A DNA stretch of 64,000 nt from Chrysomallon squamiferum (GCA_012295275.1 CM022670.1:23560001-23624000), one strand, 5' to 3'; positions 12,195 to 27,018 are shown, counted from the stretch's first letter. Notes: generated from the letters alone by a model not told the origin. Translations and numbers: made by a program.

Positions 12195-15100
12195 TTTGCT
12201 AGTAGTAATAGTAGCAGTATTTATTTTTATTTATTGTTGTTGTTGCTATTGTTATTTTGCTTGTTTACAGATTTCAGGTGTTAATTCCTGGATAGTTGTT
12301 CTATTTTAATGCATTTTAGAACACACACACACAAACAAACACAGAATATACATCAGATAAATTGACAGAGCTGTAAACTACATATATCATGTTAATTAAT
12401 TATCTAAATATTAAATAGCTCATTAGAATATTAACTGACATTCTGAAAACATCTGTTTCAGAACAGCGAGCAAATAATGATTTTAAAAAAAAAAAAAAAA
12501 AAAAAAAATCATCCTCTCTATTTGCGCAAAACTATTTTTAAATATCCGAAAAAGAAACAAAAGACAATTATTATCACAAATCAATTCGTGGTGCAATTAT
12601 TTCGTATTCTTCAAACCGAACGCATTTGCTACATGCTCTGATTAAAGTAAACAAAATTAAACAAAAGGTCAAATCTGCGTAATTATCTAAAGAACTGTTG
12701 ATAAAGCCGCGGTTACTGTGGAAACCGGCTTGGGTTGCTCTACGTTCACAGTATACTATATGTCACACTTGAAATCTGAGGTACGCTGATAGCAGAGAGG
12801 TAAACGCAAGGCAAACAGGTGATTGCGGCTCAGGTAACGCAGAATACCTGGAGGGTGTGTTTAATCAGTGTGAACACTTTGTGACAGGGTCAAAACTCAA
12901 ACCGAGCGTTGTCAATTTAGTTTATCTACCGCGATATAAATATATCTTGCATGTTTATAATCGTGTTGCTGGCGTCATAATTGTTGCATATATTATAAAA
13001 TCAAACTCACAAATAAATAAGTTCAATAAATATTTTCTCATTTTTGTTTTCGGTTTCTTATTCTGTTTTTGAAGATATCCATTTTCCTTGTAACCTAACC
13101 TTGACTGGTTTTCGTTTCAGTTAGTAATATATATATATATATAAAATAAACAGTTTATGTCTTTAAGCAATTATACAGGTATTATACTGGAAAGAGTTGC
13201 TAGTTTTCTCAAGATTAAAAAAAAAAAAAAAAAAAAAAAAAATTAAGGCTGTTATAAAAATATTTAAAAAAAAAAAAAAAAAAAAATTAAGGATCTTGTA
13301 ATGTGTTTATACCCAATTATTAAATTAAAACACAATTAGTTTCAGTATTCAGTAATACTGTGTGTCGCCCACGAATGTTCAAAGGTTGCCTGTTATCTGT
13401 TAATTTAGAACTGAAAAAAGGCAATGGCCGCGTCATAAAAGTTTAAGCTGAGGGGTTTAAGCTTAACGGACTTGTAACACAATCTCATGACTCGCTGGGA
13501 AGAGATAAATAAATAAAATTGTTTGGCTGCAGCTCATTGGCTGGGTCCAGTCGCATGCAACATTCTTTACATAATTAATTAACATAATATATGTAGTTTA
13601 CAGTTCTGTTAATTTCCCTTATGTTCACAAGATTTGTGTATCTCATCTCATATATTTTGAAGGGTTGGAATGAGGAGTCTGTTTTAAGATCTATATTAAA
13701 GACAGTTTGTTTAAAATTCATCAGATGGGCGAAGGATTTAATGAATGAAAATTGTTGTGAACATGACTTGTTTCATGTTGTATGTGAAGAAAAGGAGTAG
13801 AAATAATCACTGAAAATGTTTAATTTTCTGAAATTTCTCAACAGTCCTTATACCTTATTTCACTGAAGAAATACATTTTTTACAATACAAGCACTTTGTT
13901 TGTTATTTTTGATGGATGTTATCATTAACTTACACAGTGAAAGTGAGAAATGGATTTTACAAACTAATTAAATACATCTTTGAATATATACCATACAATA
14001 TTTTATTACTGATTTTAAAAGGTATCACCGACATTCAGAAACAAATTTGATTTTTTTTTTTTTTTTTTTTAAGATATGCAAAAATATTATTTTTTACATA
14101 CTTCCTACATCATTGTCAATACTAACGTATGTCATGTTTGATCCTTTGTCACAAGAACTCCCCCACACCACCCTACTCTTTTTCTCCTAGCAGGAGTACA
14201 ACCGACTTCAGTAAAAACTTTCTTATATAAATCAACCAGCATAATATCTGCATCATAAATCAGTATAAACTCGTTTATAATAATGATGAATTGCATATCG
14301 TGTCAGAACATGTTCGCTGCAGTGGAATCCATCAGACTCGCCGATCTGCGCGGGTCGGTTCCCAAACGCCTAATCATTTGATGTAAGTGTATGTAATTTG
14401 CGGCTCGAGTCCCCGGGTCAAAGTTTTACAGCAGGGGTTTGCTTCTTGATGAATTTCTAAAATAAATCGATGAAGACGTTAAACAAAATTAAAGGTGTCG
14501 TTTTAGCTGCACGCCATCGTGTAAAGCGCTTTGTGCAGACTTTGCGTGCGTCCAGCTGGCGGAAATCAATCCCTGGGAGTAAAAATGGACGCGGTTTCCC
14601 AAAACGAATGTGTAACTTTCTCCGAGTTGCGTGTGTTGCACAATTAACTTACATTCAAAGTGAAAGAGAGGGAGAAAAGTGGATTTTTTTCTTCTTCTTC
14701 TTCTTTTTCCTTGCACTGGTGACCTGGTATTAAAATCTTTCCACTGTGTTATTGCAGATTTTTAACTTTAAAGATTATCATTATTATTATTATGGCTTAA
14801 GGCTTACTTCAGATAACGTTTCGGTTTTAAAATGTTAAATGTATTTTTGTTTAAAAGCTTCATATCTCATTACAGTATATTATGGCTTTTACTCTACTAG
14901 TACTTCATATTTTCTTAACCATAATTAATACTTATTGGTCTCCAGTTTTATTTTCATTTTCCTTTCTTGATTAGTTATTATTTTCCAGCTGTATCAGTCA
15001 ATAAATATTTCAGTAGATGAACTAAAAATAAAAAGGGAAAGACGAAGTCAGTTTAATGAAAACTGAAAATTGTACATGACAACAGTACTAAGCAGTAAAT

Positions 15101-18100
15101 CTACGTCTGTCATCGACTGCAGGTAATGTTAACAATCTGTTGTCGTATCTCACTCAGAACTGTTGGTTATTAACAATATACCACAGACTCGCTAATTGCA
15201 TAATCCATACAACTTCAGAAATATCGGTATTTTTATTTCAAGTCAGTTAATGGATGAAACATCTCCATATTTTGCATGAACAGTATGATGAGTAAACGTA
15301 TGTCTCTGGATGTTTGGTGCTGAGTGGTGGTGAGTAACAGTTTCCTCAGTCAGCAAAGACATACCTTTGACCTTTGAGAAACACCACAGAGAGCTGGAAC
15401 GGGATATAACGTGTGGACGAAGAGGAAGCTTTTTAGGAACCAAAGGACCTTTCATAAATAAACGGTACAGTTCTCAAACTGTCATAGTCTTCAAACCACA
15501 TACAATGATCTATGATGAGGTTGGTCTTTGTTATTTTAAACAGAGGTTTGTTAATTATGGACTTTTTCCCAGCATGCTAGATGTTGAAAAAAAAAAAAAA
15601 AAAAAAAAAACGATCACCGTGTAACTGCTGTTCTATTGTGTGTTTTGTAAGTAATGGCTCTGAACAATTTGACGTGCTACAGAAATTTCAGAAAGTGGAA
15701 AACAGGTCAGTCATGCGACACCAAAGTACCGTAGACCCACCCCTGAATAACCGAATAAATAAATTATTTATTTCCAAGTCCACATCTCACAAATGTGAAA
15801 CGGAACAAAGGTGACTAATTCAGAAACAATGATGACAACAGAAACTGATGGAAGAAAGAGAATTTCGAATTTATTGCGTAATGAGTAAAATCGATGCTGA
15901 AACTAAGACACCTGAGTCCGAATCACTTCTGTAAATATTTCCTCTGAGAATTAGCAATTAGAAATATTACGTAACAATTTCATTAATTCTTTCATTTCTT
16001 ACTTTCAAAAACTAATTACTAAGACAATGTAGTTTAAATATGCCTACCTAGGTATCACACAGGTAAAAAAAACCCACAAAAAAACAACAACATATGTTTC
16101 TGAACTCTTCTTTTCTCGCTTGATTATATTGATTTTTAGATCAAGTCCTGCTGTTATGTTAAACATATTTATGTAGCCTGTTACATCACAGCAGAATATC
16201 GAGAAAATAATTAAATGCACCAGCAGAAAGAAGTGTTAAATGATGAATATGTAGAAACACACAACACCAACAAGAAATGTGGTGTGAGTGTTAGCTACAC
16301 TATTACGTAATACACTTCCTGCGTAACTGGAACATAAGGCAACGTGTTCTAAGCGTTATTGTTCTCTAGACGAATACGTGACCCAGAAAACAATGGTGGA
16401 AGTTTAAACGTGGACATAATTTGCTGAAAGGAAAAAAAATGATCACGTTTTTTTTTTTTCAACTCGCATGACGACGTATTTTGTGTGAAAGGAATATTTC
16501 ACTGTTTGACACGTTAAATATAATGATGTAACATATTGCTGAATGTTTATTTATTTCTTTTAAAAGTTGTTATATACCGATTGCTGAATATTCGTATATT
16601 GCTTCGTTTATTTTTTAATGTTTAACGTTGGTGTGTGTATGTGATGGTGTCTTTTTTAAAATAAACTGATTTTTGATAATGGTAATGCTAAACGTAGCTT
16701 TTAGTTTATGTAATTTTATGTTTCCTAATTTCAACGTAATAAGCTAAATTATTATTAAATTATTTTATTTTGTAAGTTTACAATTTCAAATGATTAAATT
16801 AACCGTTAAAGACTGTATAGAAAAAAATCGCTTACTAAAGAATTTTCGAATTCTGGCTCAGTCAAAAAATAATTATTCTTTATCTTGTCCTGATAGTTCT
16901 CTTCTTAATAAAAAAATAATCATAAAAGATTCACAAAATAATAACATACGTTCTTTAATGATTTTCTTACTGCAAGATAAATCTCGAAACAACTATTTTA
17001 ATAATTTGATATTTGACATACAACAAAATGTTGCTGAATCACTGAACTGATATCACAATGACAGAACTTCAGTCTAGGGTCCATTTTTTCATAATCCACT
17101 ATCATATATAATAATTACGAAAGTAACAAAAATAGTGTACGAACAGGAAGGAAATACATCATAGAAATGTATTTAGTTTTTATTTATTCTGTAATATAGT
17201 TGTCAGAATTCGATACATCTCATTTATCAAAGTGTGTATATCTCTAAGTGTAGACATGTGTTTAAGTGTGTGTGTGTGTCTGTGTGTCTGTGTGTTGTGT
17301 TTGTGTGTATGTGTGTTTGAGAGTGTGTGTGTGTATTGTATGTGCATTTGTTTGAGTATGTATTTGTATATGTTTATTGTGCATGTTAATAAAAAAAATG
17401 TGATGTTTATAAACTTCTGATCTATGAAAGTATTTTGTAAAACACAACATAAAAAACGACAGACAAACACTGCACTGAAATCTTGCTTGTGACAGCGAAA
17501 CTGGGTAACGTTTTGTTTGTTTAGTGTGAACACGTGACATAAAACATCGAAGCGTCCTTCCCACGCTGACACGCACAGACCACTCCCACGTGTAGTACAG
17601 GTTAAAATGCAATAAAATGACGTAGCAACAGGATATATAAATTATTAATAAAACAAATATGTAATTTATAATAATTTCACTATATTTAAAAAAAAAAAAA
17701 AAAAAAAAAGAAAAGACAAGTTGATGAAATACGAATCAAAATGACTATCCACACCTACATACTCAGGAAAAATATTAACTGTATTTATTAAAAAAAATAA
17801 TAATAATAAAAAAAAAAAAAAAAAAACGAGAAGAGATATTCTAATCAGTGTGTTATAGTTAAAACCAGATTACTCGGCATTTCGGTGGATAAATTATTAA
17901 CCTACCTTTTCCTTTTTACTTCTTAACAGAGGCTGGGTTCTCTTATGATCTCTGTCTTCAGTTCTCTTCGTCATCTTCTCATGTATAAACTCCTTTTTTT
18001 TTTTTTTTAAATGTAAATTCCTTCACTTATACGTTCATCGCTTCTTCAGTTGTCAGTGTATATTGTTTTCTAAACACCTATGAATAAGTACATTATATTG

Positions 18101-18240
18101 GTAAAAACCTAGAGAAAAATCTAATGTTCGCGGGTTCGTTTTCGAATGATGTCTTGATATACAGGTCGAGTTAAAATTTTAAATGTACTATGGTTTAGCT
18201 AAATAATCAACCCTTTTAATTAAAGTAGCATTACAAAGTA

Positions 18241-18316
18241 TTGTAATTAATAATACTGAGAGTTGTTGCTTAGGATAACAAAACAGCAAACAGTTGTAAT
18301 TAACATACTGAGAGTT
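18241..18316. repeat. Direct repeat of about 23 bp (ttgtaattaa[ta/c]atactgagagtt) flanking about 30 bp
   Basis: Copies at about 18241 and 18294. Confidence 0.8.
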
Positions 18317-19118
18317 TCAGTCAAACAACAGGTTATAAGTCAAAAATAATATTTGTATAACAAAAAACTGAAAAAGTTTTTGTAACTAAGAAATTGACAC
18401 TTAATAAAATTCTAATTAAAATGTAAGTTATAAATAAAAGTATTGGATTTATTTTGTAAAAAAAAAACAATGTTAGCAATTAAAAATTATTTATAATTAA
18501 ATTGTGTCACATAATTCTGTTTTTAGTACTTGTAAAGGTATGGATTACAATGTCATTTTAGAATAATCTGAATTTAAATCCAGTTTACTGTCAGTTACTA
18601 GGTCAGACAGAATTTACTGACTAAATCGCGTATCTAAAGATAAACAAACCGCCATTTTGAATTGCTTCAGACGACTACAGGTAAAAAAAAAAAAAAAAAA
18701 AAAAAATATAATGAAAAGGCGAAAGTTGTTACCTGAATTATATATTTCAATAATTTCTTAATAAAATACCTCAGAAATATACAGCTGATAAAAAACATAC
18801 AATTAATTCCGTTGTTTTTTTATGAGAACAAATTGGAAGCTAATAAAATAATTAGTTCGCTCAAATTCAGATTCGTTGACATTATGCGCCACAGCCTCAA
18901 TCGATATCTCAGGTAGAGACTGACATTGCGGGACACTCACACTCGGCAAACCGGAGAGAAATTTTCCACACTGTTTAAGCTTAAAAAACAATAAAACACT
19001 TACCCCGATTACAGATTACGAAACAGGCTTTCACATTTTCTCAACCCGTGTGTATGTACGTGAACGTAAACAATAAGGAGAAACCGTCCAATCCCGTCCG
19101 TTTCCTTCAAACACACAC

Positions 19119-19160
19119 CTGAACGTTTTTCAGCCGAGCTACGTACGGTTTGCGCAACAT
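19119..19160 (-). CDS. Candidate alternative first coding exon: MLRKPYVARLKNVQ, phase 0
   Basis: gccATG, 14 codons, donor CAG|GTGTGT, CpG-rich context, TATAAAA about 115 nt upstream. A second strong donor GGG|GTAAGT lies at 19004/19003. Confidence 0.4.
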
Positions 19161-19239
19161 GGCGAATCGGTAGACACTCGTAAAGGGTCACACAGTGGCG
19201 ACAGGCGGCCCTTGTGTCAACATAAACAAGATTTCGAGA

Positions 19240-19276
19240 CTTTCAGCGAGGGAGGTTTTCGATCGCTCGTTTTATA
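19240..19276 (-). promoter_or_regulatory. Candidate TATA promoter (TATAAAA at 19276-19270, TSS about 19245)
   Basis: Consensus TATA at the upstream edge of a CpG-rich patch that contains an ATG and splice donors; no canonical Inr. Confidence 0.35.
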
Positions 19277-19952
19277 CACACATGCACACACATACACACC
19301 ATACAAAATTTAAAAAAAAAAAAAAAAGCCTTCTTTCCTCTAGTACAATCCAAGGAAGAGAGAAATGTTGCTGGTTGTAGTGGGGGAAAAAATGAACTGC
19401 AGTTTGAGAACGGAGGCAACTGTAACTACGCGAGGAAAATGATCCTAACAAGGCTGAGGCCTAGCGAAATCAATAGTGAAGAGAAAAAGCTAGAGAGAAA
19501 ATCCGGAGGAGGACTTTCACAATAGGTAATTAAAGCTGTTAAATTCCCACGCATGACTGTGAACACTTTAAATCACTTTGGAGAATCGGTGGATGCTGCA
19601 CGGGGTAAAAAAAAAAAAAAAGAAAAGAGGAGCGACATTGCGATGGTTTAGAGATATTTGCAGAGAGGAAAACATTGATCTGGCCTGTCCAACGTCGCTT
19701 TTCATGAAAACGTGCTGCTTCAAAAACTAACGAAAGCAAACAAAATATTTCAAAGTTTTAAGAGGGATGAAAAAAAAAAAAAAAAAAAAAATATAAATAT
19801 ATAAAATATCGTTCTAATTAACGTGTACGTTGAAACTGAAGTGTGAAAATATTCCCATTATAGTTTAATTAATTTACTTTTTAACGGTGAAATAATAAAA
19901 CTAATAATATTTAAATGAAGAATTATGGTGAAGTCCTACACAATTTTGTTTT

Positions 19953-19953
<1 letters not shown>

Positions 19954-20032
<79 letters not shown>

Positions 20033-20240
20033 TTTATTTATTTATTTATTTATTTATTTTTTTATTTTTAATAATTTATTACTACGGCTATATTACGATT
20101 ATTATAACCACTAATATTACTACTGTTGCTACTACTACTACTACTATATTACCATTACTGTTGTTGCTGCTGCTGCTGCTACTGCAACTCTTATCACTAC
20201 CTCTGCTACCATTATTAATATTACATCTACTATCATTATT
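19954..20240. repeat. (TAT)n microsatellite (19954-20031) followed by a degenerate ACT/GCT trinucleotide tract
   Basis: Seen directly. Confidence 0.9.
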
Positions 20241-22134
20241 ACGAAACTGAAAGTACTGTAATTACTTCTGCAACAATTGGCAGTACTTTAATTACTATTA
20301 TTACTAATCCTTATTCAGCTGTTATTTCTAACATTACCAACACCACAATGTCTGCCACTATTGTACTATAGCGACAGAGCATTTTGAATTAATCGGTGTA
20401 GTTATTATAACAAACAAAAAAGTTAAAAATAGATAATACTGGTTCTTCCTTATATTTTAATCGGACTGCACTGGTATGACATATTTAAACTTATACGGTA
20501 TGATAAAGCGGTGAATTATTAATTTTAACTGTCACTCCATTGTTTTAGATCAATAACAGCTTCAGAGGCGGATCCATTATTTCAAAATTTGTCTAGGACA
20601 ATAATAATACAATAATAAAAAAAAGTTTAATAATAATAATAATAATAATTATAATTATAAGAATTTTCTATTATTAGACGTGTGCGTTATGACATGAAGT
20701 ATTAATGTTATAAAATGTTCTTCTTTTTTTAATTTTAATTTTTAATTTAATTTATTTTATTTTCTTTTATTATTATTTTTTTAATTTTTTTTATTTCTTA
20801 TTTTTATTTATTTATTTATTTACTTATTTATTTATTTATTTATTTATTTTTTTTTTTTTTTTTTTTTTTTTTTTATTTTTGTTTATTTGTTTGTTTGTTT
20901 TTAATGGTAGAAAAAATTTGCTACTGACACTACATACGTTACTTTTATCGATCACAGATCTTTTATATGAACTTTATGTAGGCATGATAGTATCAGCTAT
21001 AGATTTTGAAAAAAAAGTCGAGAGGACTGGCTGGATCAGGAAACTGAGTAAAGGCGCAAATTACAAGAACTGATCCTGCAAATAAACCTTTATTTAACTA
21101 TAGTCTGTTCTTTGCCTCTTATAGCTTGTTCTCTAACGTGAAAAGTTCATTCACCTGAGATAAAAGCTTATTAAGATTTAGTATCTGAAAAACATGACAG
21201 TTATAATAAGTTGAAGAAAAAGGAAAAGACAAGAACTTCAAGGACAGCAACAAGAAATTTATATACTAATGAAATCGCGCCCCCTTCTGGTAATAACAAC
21301 ATAAATGAAGAAATCTAAAAAAAAAAAAAAAAAATTACGGTTTTAATATTGTGAATTATTTTTTTTTTCAAATAGAGACCAGAAATATATATGTATGTGT
21401 GTGTGTGTGTGTGTATATATATAAATATATATATATATAATACCGAAAATTTAAATTACATGGTTAAGTTATATTATTTATATAGTTTGTCATCATATTC
21501 ATTGAGGCAATCATGTAAACAAAGTAATATCTTGATCTCCATCGGTTTCATCAAATCCAGAAGAACTATGAAACAATCTCCCATTCAGCGCATGCGTAAA
21601 CAGGGCGGGGCTAAATGCCTTTCAACCATCATTAAAATAATTCGACTTCTTCATATGACCTAGATATGTAACAAACCAAAACAGTTTCACGAGAACAAGA
21701 AAAAGAAAGGTAAAAAAAAAAAAATAATAAGATGAATAAAGGGAATGACAATAAATTTTTAAAATTCTGATATTTTAAATTTAGCTCGAGGTGTTTCTTT
21801 GTGAAGGACAACCACATTTTTTTTTTTTTTTTTTTTTTTTGATTCTGCCGTTAGGAAGCCAACCGCTCTTCGCATCCTGCAGAATTTTCCCCCCTTAATC
21901 TTCCAGCATATTCAAATAATATTAGTAAATCAATACAACTCGGCCGTCAGGCAAATTCACAATCAATTTGTAAGCCTATTTTATTATAAAAACGTTCTAT
22001 CAGTTTCTTTCTTAAAACTAATCAATCTGAACAAATACCGTGTTTTTATCTGTTGCGTTTTGCTGGAAATTCGAGGTTCCGCAAACATGTTTACAGAACA
22101 ATGTCCATTCGATGGGTTCTGTCCTATATTGCTT

Positions 22135-22173
<39 letters not shown>

Positions 22174-22560
22174 TTTGACAAACGAGATACACAGCACATG
22201 AAAACAAAAACGAGCAAATTAGTTTTTGTTTGTTTCTTCTATTTATATTAATCGTTTAACAAAAATATTGATAATAGGAAATTAAAGGAAAGAAAACATA
22301 TTAAGTGAATTTGATATAATTACATAAGGGGATAAATTTACTTAGAATCATTATTCTAAATATTTATTTAGAAATGGTTCATACATAACGGTAGATATTA
22401 ATTTATTTGTATTGATATTTTGCAGTATAAATGTACATAGAATAATTATATGTTTGTGTGTATGTATAAACGTACGGATCTATCTTGAGACAAACGTAAA
22501 AAATACGTACTTTTGCAAACACTCTCGCAGAAACATACACCCAAACAAACAAACAAACAA

Positions 22561-22592
<32 letters not shown>

Positions 22593-23238
22593 TTTTTTAC
22601 TTATTTATATATCTTCCAAAAAAACACCAAAACATATTTATATCCAACCACGGTTCAAGCTATTACAGACTTGATGTCTAGACTACATTTGTAAATTTAA
22701 CAAGAAAAAAAAATCAGCAGAGTGTGATGTAATTTAAAAACTATATCTACGTTGTTTGCAGTTCATTTAGCACTCCAGCCTTTACACAAAAGAAGAGAAA
22801 ACAAGACAAAAGATGAAATGTGTCCAGATTTTTTTTAGCTGGATGTCATCTTTGACTGAGTCAGAGCTTGCAGACGTCAAGTTTAGATCAGCCGTGAAAA
22901 ATGAAGAAATCAATAATAAGTTTCTAAGATTCAATGAATCTATAACAAGTGCGTCGCAGTGCTGTCGTACACGACGTCGATCCATCCTTTAGCTGCTGTC
23001 TCGTGTGACGCGCGGTTAACGTGCTAATGGTAACATTATCGTCCTGTTTTAGCGGACATTCAAGTATTCACTTAGTCCGGTTGGATTTGCTCCGACACTT
23101 TAATAAGCGGTAATACGAGGAGGAGTTGCACCAACAGTAATTGGAAATCACGTAATTCAAGAAACTTAAGCTGCTGTGATTCAAATGACTGTTAATGTTT
23201 CACCGAAATTCTGATGAGGTGATAAAAATAAAATAGTT

Positions 23239-23239
<1 letters not shown>

Positions 23240-23334
<95 letters not shown>
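23240..23334. repeat. (CT)n microsatellite
   Basis: Seen directly. Confidence 0.97.
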
Positions 23335-23337
<3 letters not shown>

Positions 23338-23557
23338 ATAATCCAAATTCATCAAGTTTATCTTGAAAACAAAATCTGAAAAAAATTATAACATATTACT
23401 AATCACAGATTAACGAAATCTGATGTGTAATATTAAAACTGAAATAGAAACATAGAGGACCACACATTCCAACACGTTCATACAATTAGGTTAAATATTT
23501 TAAAACTACATCTGCTTTAAAAAGTGAACAGAATGCAGTCTGAATTCGTACACACGG

Positions 23558-23558
<1 letters not shown>

Positions 23559-23606
<48 letters not shown>
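23559..23606. repeat. (CA)n microsatellite
   Basis: Seen directly. Confidence 0.97.
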
Positions 23607-23609
<3 letters not shown>

Positions 23610-25692
23610 GCACACATATATATACACATAATTATACACAAAAGAATCATACATAACTCAGACACACATACACATACATACAATATACAGATATATATAT
23701 ACATATATATATACATATATATATAGGATTGATAAATAATAAATTATGAGCCTGTCAGGATGAGAATTACTTTTAGATTAATTCATTTCCTGGCATATTT
23801 TCAAGAGGTGTATTCCAAAATTTACTTTCATGATGCCCGTCACTATCAGATATCAGCTGAAATCAAGCCAAAACTAATCTTTTTGTGACTAATTTCATAA
23901 CCAGACCTAGTGTGAAGTATGAGCCAGGTAGCTAGTTGTGAAATGTAACCTGATAAAGTGTGCAGCATTTAAAGTTCACGGAGACGCCAACAGCTGGCTA
24001 CTTCAGATGATACGACGAAATTTACTTATAAGCGAAATAAATAAACAAAAAAGTAAAAAAGTAAAAAAATAAAAACTAGGGCTGTACAGTCTCAAAGCGC
24101 TTGAAAGAATTTCGGTTCAGTTATTGGACAAGTCTGTGTAAAATGGAGCTGCTGCTGTTTAGAGGGGCGGGCTTTAGCTCAATTGTATGACGACTGTCTG
24201 TCTGGCCAGTCCTGTTTGGTGTTTCTCATTCTAATCCTTTTTAACTGTTTTATTATAGGCAGTGGTATGTGCTGTCCTGTCAGTGAAAAGTTAAAACAAA
24301 ATACCTTTGCCAGTAATCGATAAGAGTAGCGCATTATACAATGGCAATGATTTATTTTGCTTATGTTGTTATTCACGAATTCATATTCTAATAAGTGTCT
24401 CATAATAAAATCAGCCGAAATGATTTTAGCCAAATATTTATTAATTCTTTCATTCATGCACCACCATTCAGAGTCCTTGATTTGTACTGGGCTCTGTCCT
24501 ATCTGTAACAGTGTTTGAATGTCTCCACTCGCTGTTTTCTTTGGCAGAAATAACACGAGGGGACACGAAACAGCTTGAACCTGGGTGGGAAAGTCAACGT
24601 ACATTAACGACTAAATCTAATAAATCTCCAAATTAATAGCCACGATTTGCCCTGTCAGTAAGTAAAGTGATTTAAAGCGGGATTAGCAGTCATTTGGCGG
24701 TCGAATGGGCCACTGTCACTTACATTCCATGTCTGCAGAACGTACACAGCTAGCTACGTCCTGAGTCAGTGTTCCATCAACTCTGGTCTACGCGTGAGGG
24801 GTTGTTACAAACACTAAACTGTGTATCAACTCGAGTTTCTTTTTCTTTTAGCATTCTGATGCTATTTTTATCATACTCATTTAGAGATCAATGAAATGTT
24901 TAACGAACACAAACATATATCGACTGTTTAAGTGTATTATTAAGGTAAATAGCATAATAATAGATAATTAATGTTTGTCTTGTTTTGTTGGGGTTTTTAA
25001 ATTTAATACGTATGTTAAAATATCAATATAAAATCTGATGTCACATTCGATACGAATTTCTAATGCCTAAATTCACCGAGTTAGTATTTTTGAAATATAA
25101 ATTACATAACATAATATACAGGTAGGACAATAAGACCTGGGAAACCTAAGCTTGGCGTAAACGTTTAAACATCATCATCATCATCATGTAATATCACGTT
25201 GTCCAAGCAATAAATCATACGTAGAAGCGTATGTATCAAAGACGATTGATGACGTGAAGTAACTCGAAGGGCGCAGCGCTGAAAATGAAGTGATTAGTTC
25301 GATAAAACTAACTTCTGTAGCATGACCCTTCTCACCCAGCTGCTATCTAGATGTTTTATGCAATCAGCCCGCTGTTCAAGCATGCGTGAAACAACTTGTA
25401 AGTGGAAAGCAGACGTCCCGGGGACTACTCGCGATGTGGCGCGAATTGCGCGGTGTATTACTCCGCCAGCAGTAAAACGGCTACCATAGAGTCTTGATTG
25501 ATCGACTCCGGCTAGTGATGGGCAGTTAATAGCAAGCGTGCTAATGTTACCGGAAACATTTAGGATGGATTTCTTTTTCACATTATTACTAATATTGATA
25601 TGTGAAAATCGCCAAGACTTGCTTCTTTTTTTTTTTTTCTGAAATTTGGTTACAGAATGGTGATGTCAAGATGATTTAATTTTTTTGAGGGA

Positions 25693-25736
<44 letters not shown>

Positions 25737-26039
25737 ATTTGCTTTTGATTACGGTCTTCTCTCTGAAGCTTTTTAATTTTTTATTTGACCGGATCAAAAG
25801 TAATGATACGATTTCCGGGATTTAGTTCTTTATTGGTTTAGCTAAACGAAATCAATAAAACTGTTATTGTTAAATCTAACGGAACTCTTAAAATCTGATC
25901 AAGTACTATAATGAAATTTGTTTTTGATCAAAAGGTCAAAAGTTATTTTTGGCACATGATTCGAAATACTTGACACGAATGGCCTTTGAAGAAAGACTTT
26001 AAAAAAAAGAAGAGACTATTTAACATCATCTACTTGGTG

Positions 26040-26280
26040 AAGACTACTACTACTACTATGTTACTACCACCACCTTTACTACTACTACTACTACAATCAT
26101 CACCATCACCACTACCATCACCACAAACCACCTCTACTACTACTATATCTGCTTCTGCGACTGCAACTGCCTCCTTCACCTCATAGACTTCTGTAACTAC
26201 TATTAGTAATCACAATAATAATATTAATAAAACAACAGTAATAATAATAATAATAACAATAACAATAACAATAATAATAA
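26040..26280. repeat. Degenerate trinucleotide low-complexity tract (ACT/ACC/AAT/AAC)
   Basis: Seen directly. Confidence 0.85.
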
Positions 26281-26840
26281 ACCAAAACTCTGTTGGTAGA
26301 CAGTGGATGAAGATAAATGAGTGATGTTATCTGATGTGAAATGCGACTGTTTCAGTGATTATATTTAGATATGATGTATTTAAAACTGATTTCCCGGCCC
26401 TTTTGGGAGCAAATTACTATGGGCTGCAGAAACAGGGTTGAAAACTGTAGCTGAAACAAATTAAATAAATCTGAAAATTCATAGAAACAGAAACAACTAT
26501 GCATATATACATGAATGTAAAATTCAAGGATTCCGTCTAAAGTAAGCATATCGGATTAAAAAAAAATAATAATAAAAAATGCCAGGTTTTCTCCCATGGT
26601 CCACTGTTGAAATTCGTCTATATTTGCGTATATCTGCAATTTAAAATCTAAAGATGAAAAAAGGGGGACACACTGATGGCAGTCTTGGTAATTTTGGTCA
26701 TATTGTGCGTACTTTTAAACATGAAAAATTTATTTTGTATTTAATTATTATCTCTTTGTTGTTATAACATAATTATATCGTCATGCCTTATGGCTATTTC
26801 TTTCTTTCTTTCTTTTATTTTATCATCATAATCATCATCC

Positions 26841-26883
<43 letters not shown>

Positions 26884-26965
26884 CATCATTATTTCTGTTT
26901 GATGAAATGTCAGGATAAAAATTCAGTATTCTTTCATGCATAACTTTCCTTAAGATTAATGGCTT

Positions 26966-27018
<53 letters not shown>

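Noticed and set aside
15365-15455. Minus-strand ATG...AAAG|GTATGT unit (MKGPLVPKKLPLRPH...)
   Set aside because: Weak Kozak context (tttATGA) and phase 1. Recorded with similar phase-1/2 look-alikes at about 28430, 41255-41285, 46280-46358 and 50200 as counter-examples showing that such units arise by chance.
15960-16315. TTACGTAA/TTATGTAA D-box-like and CACGTG E-box motifs suggesting clock regulation
   Set aside because: Window-wide counts look close to chance for this AT-rich composition; no clear cluster.
20893-20918. Similarity to the minus strand at about 36700-36728 (both translate FVFNGRKN)
   Set aside because: About 25 bp of T/A-rich sequence that does not extend; likely coincidence.
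24179-24604. 141-aa minus-strand ORF; likewise the 141-aa ORF at 32345-32770 and the 95-aa ORF at 25294-25581
   Set aside because: No recognisable domain, non-coding-like composition and no convincing splice sites (the MYVDFPTQ|GTTCAA donor is weak).
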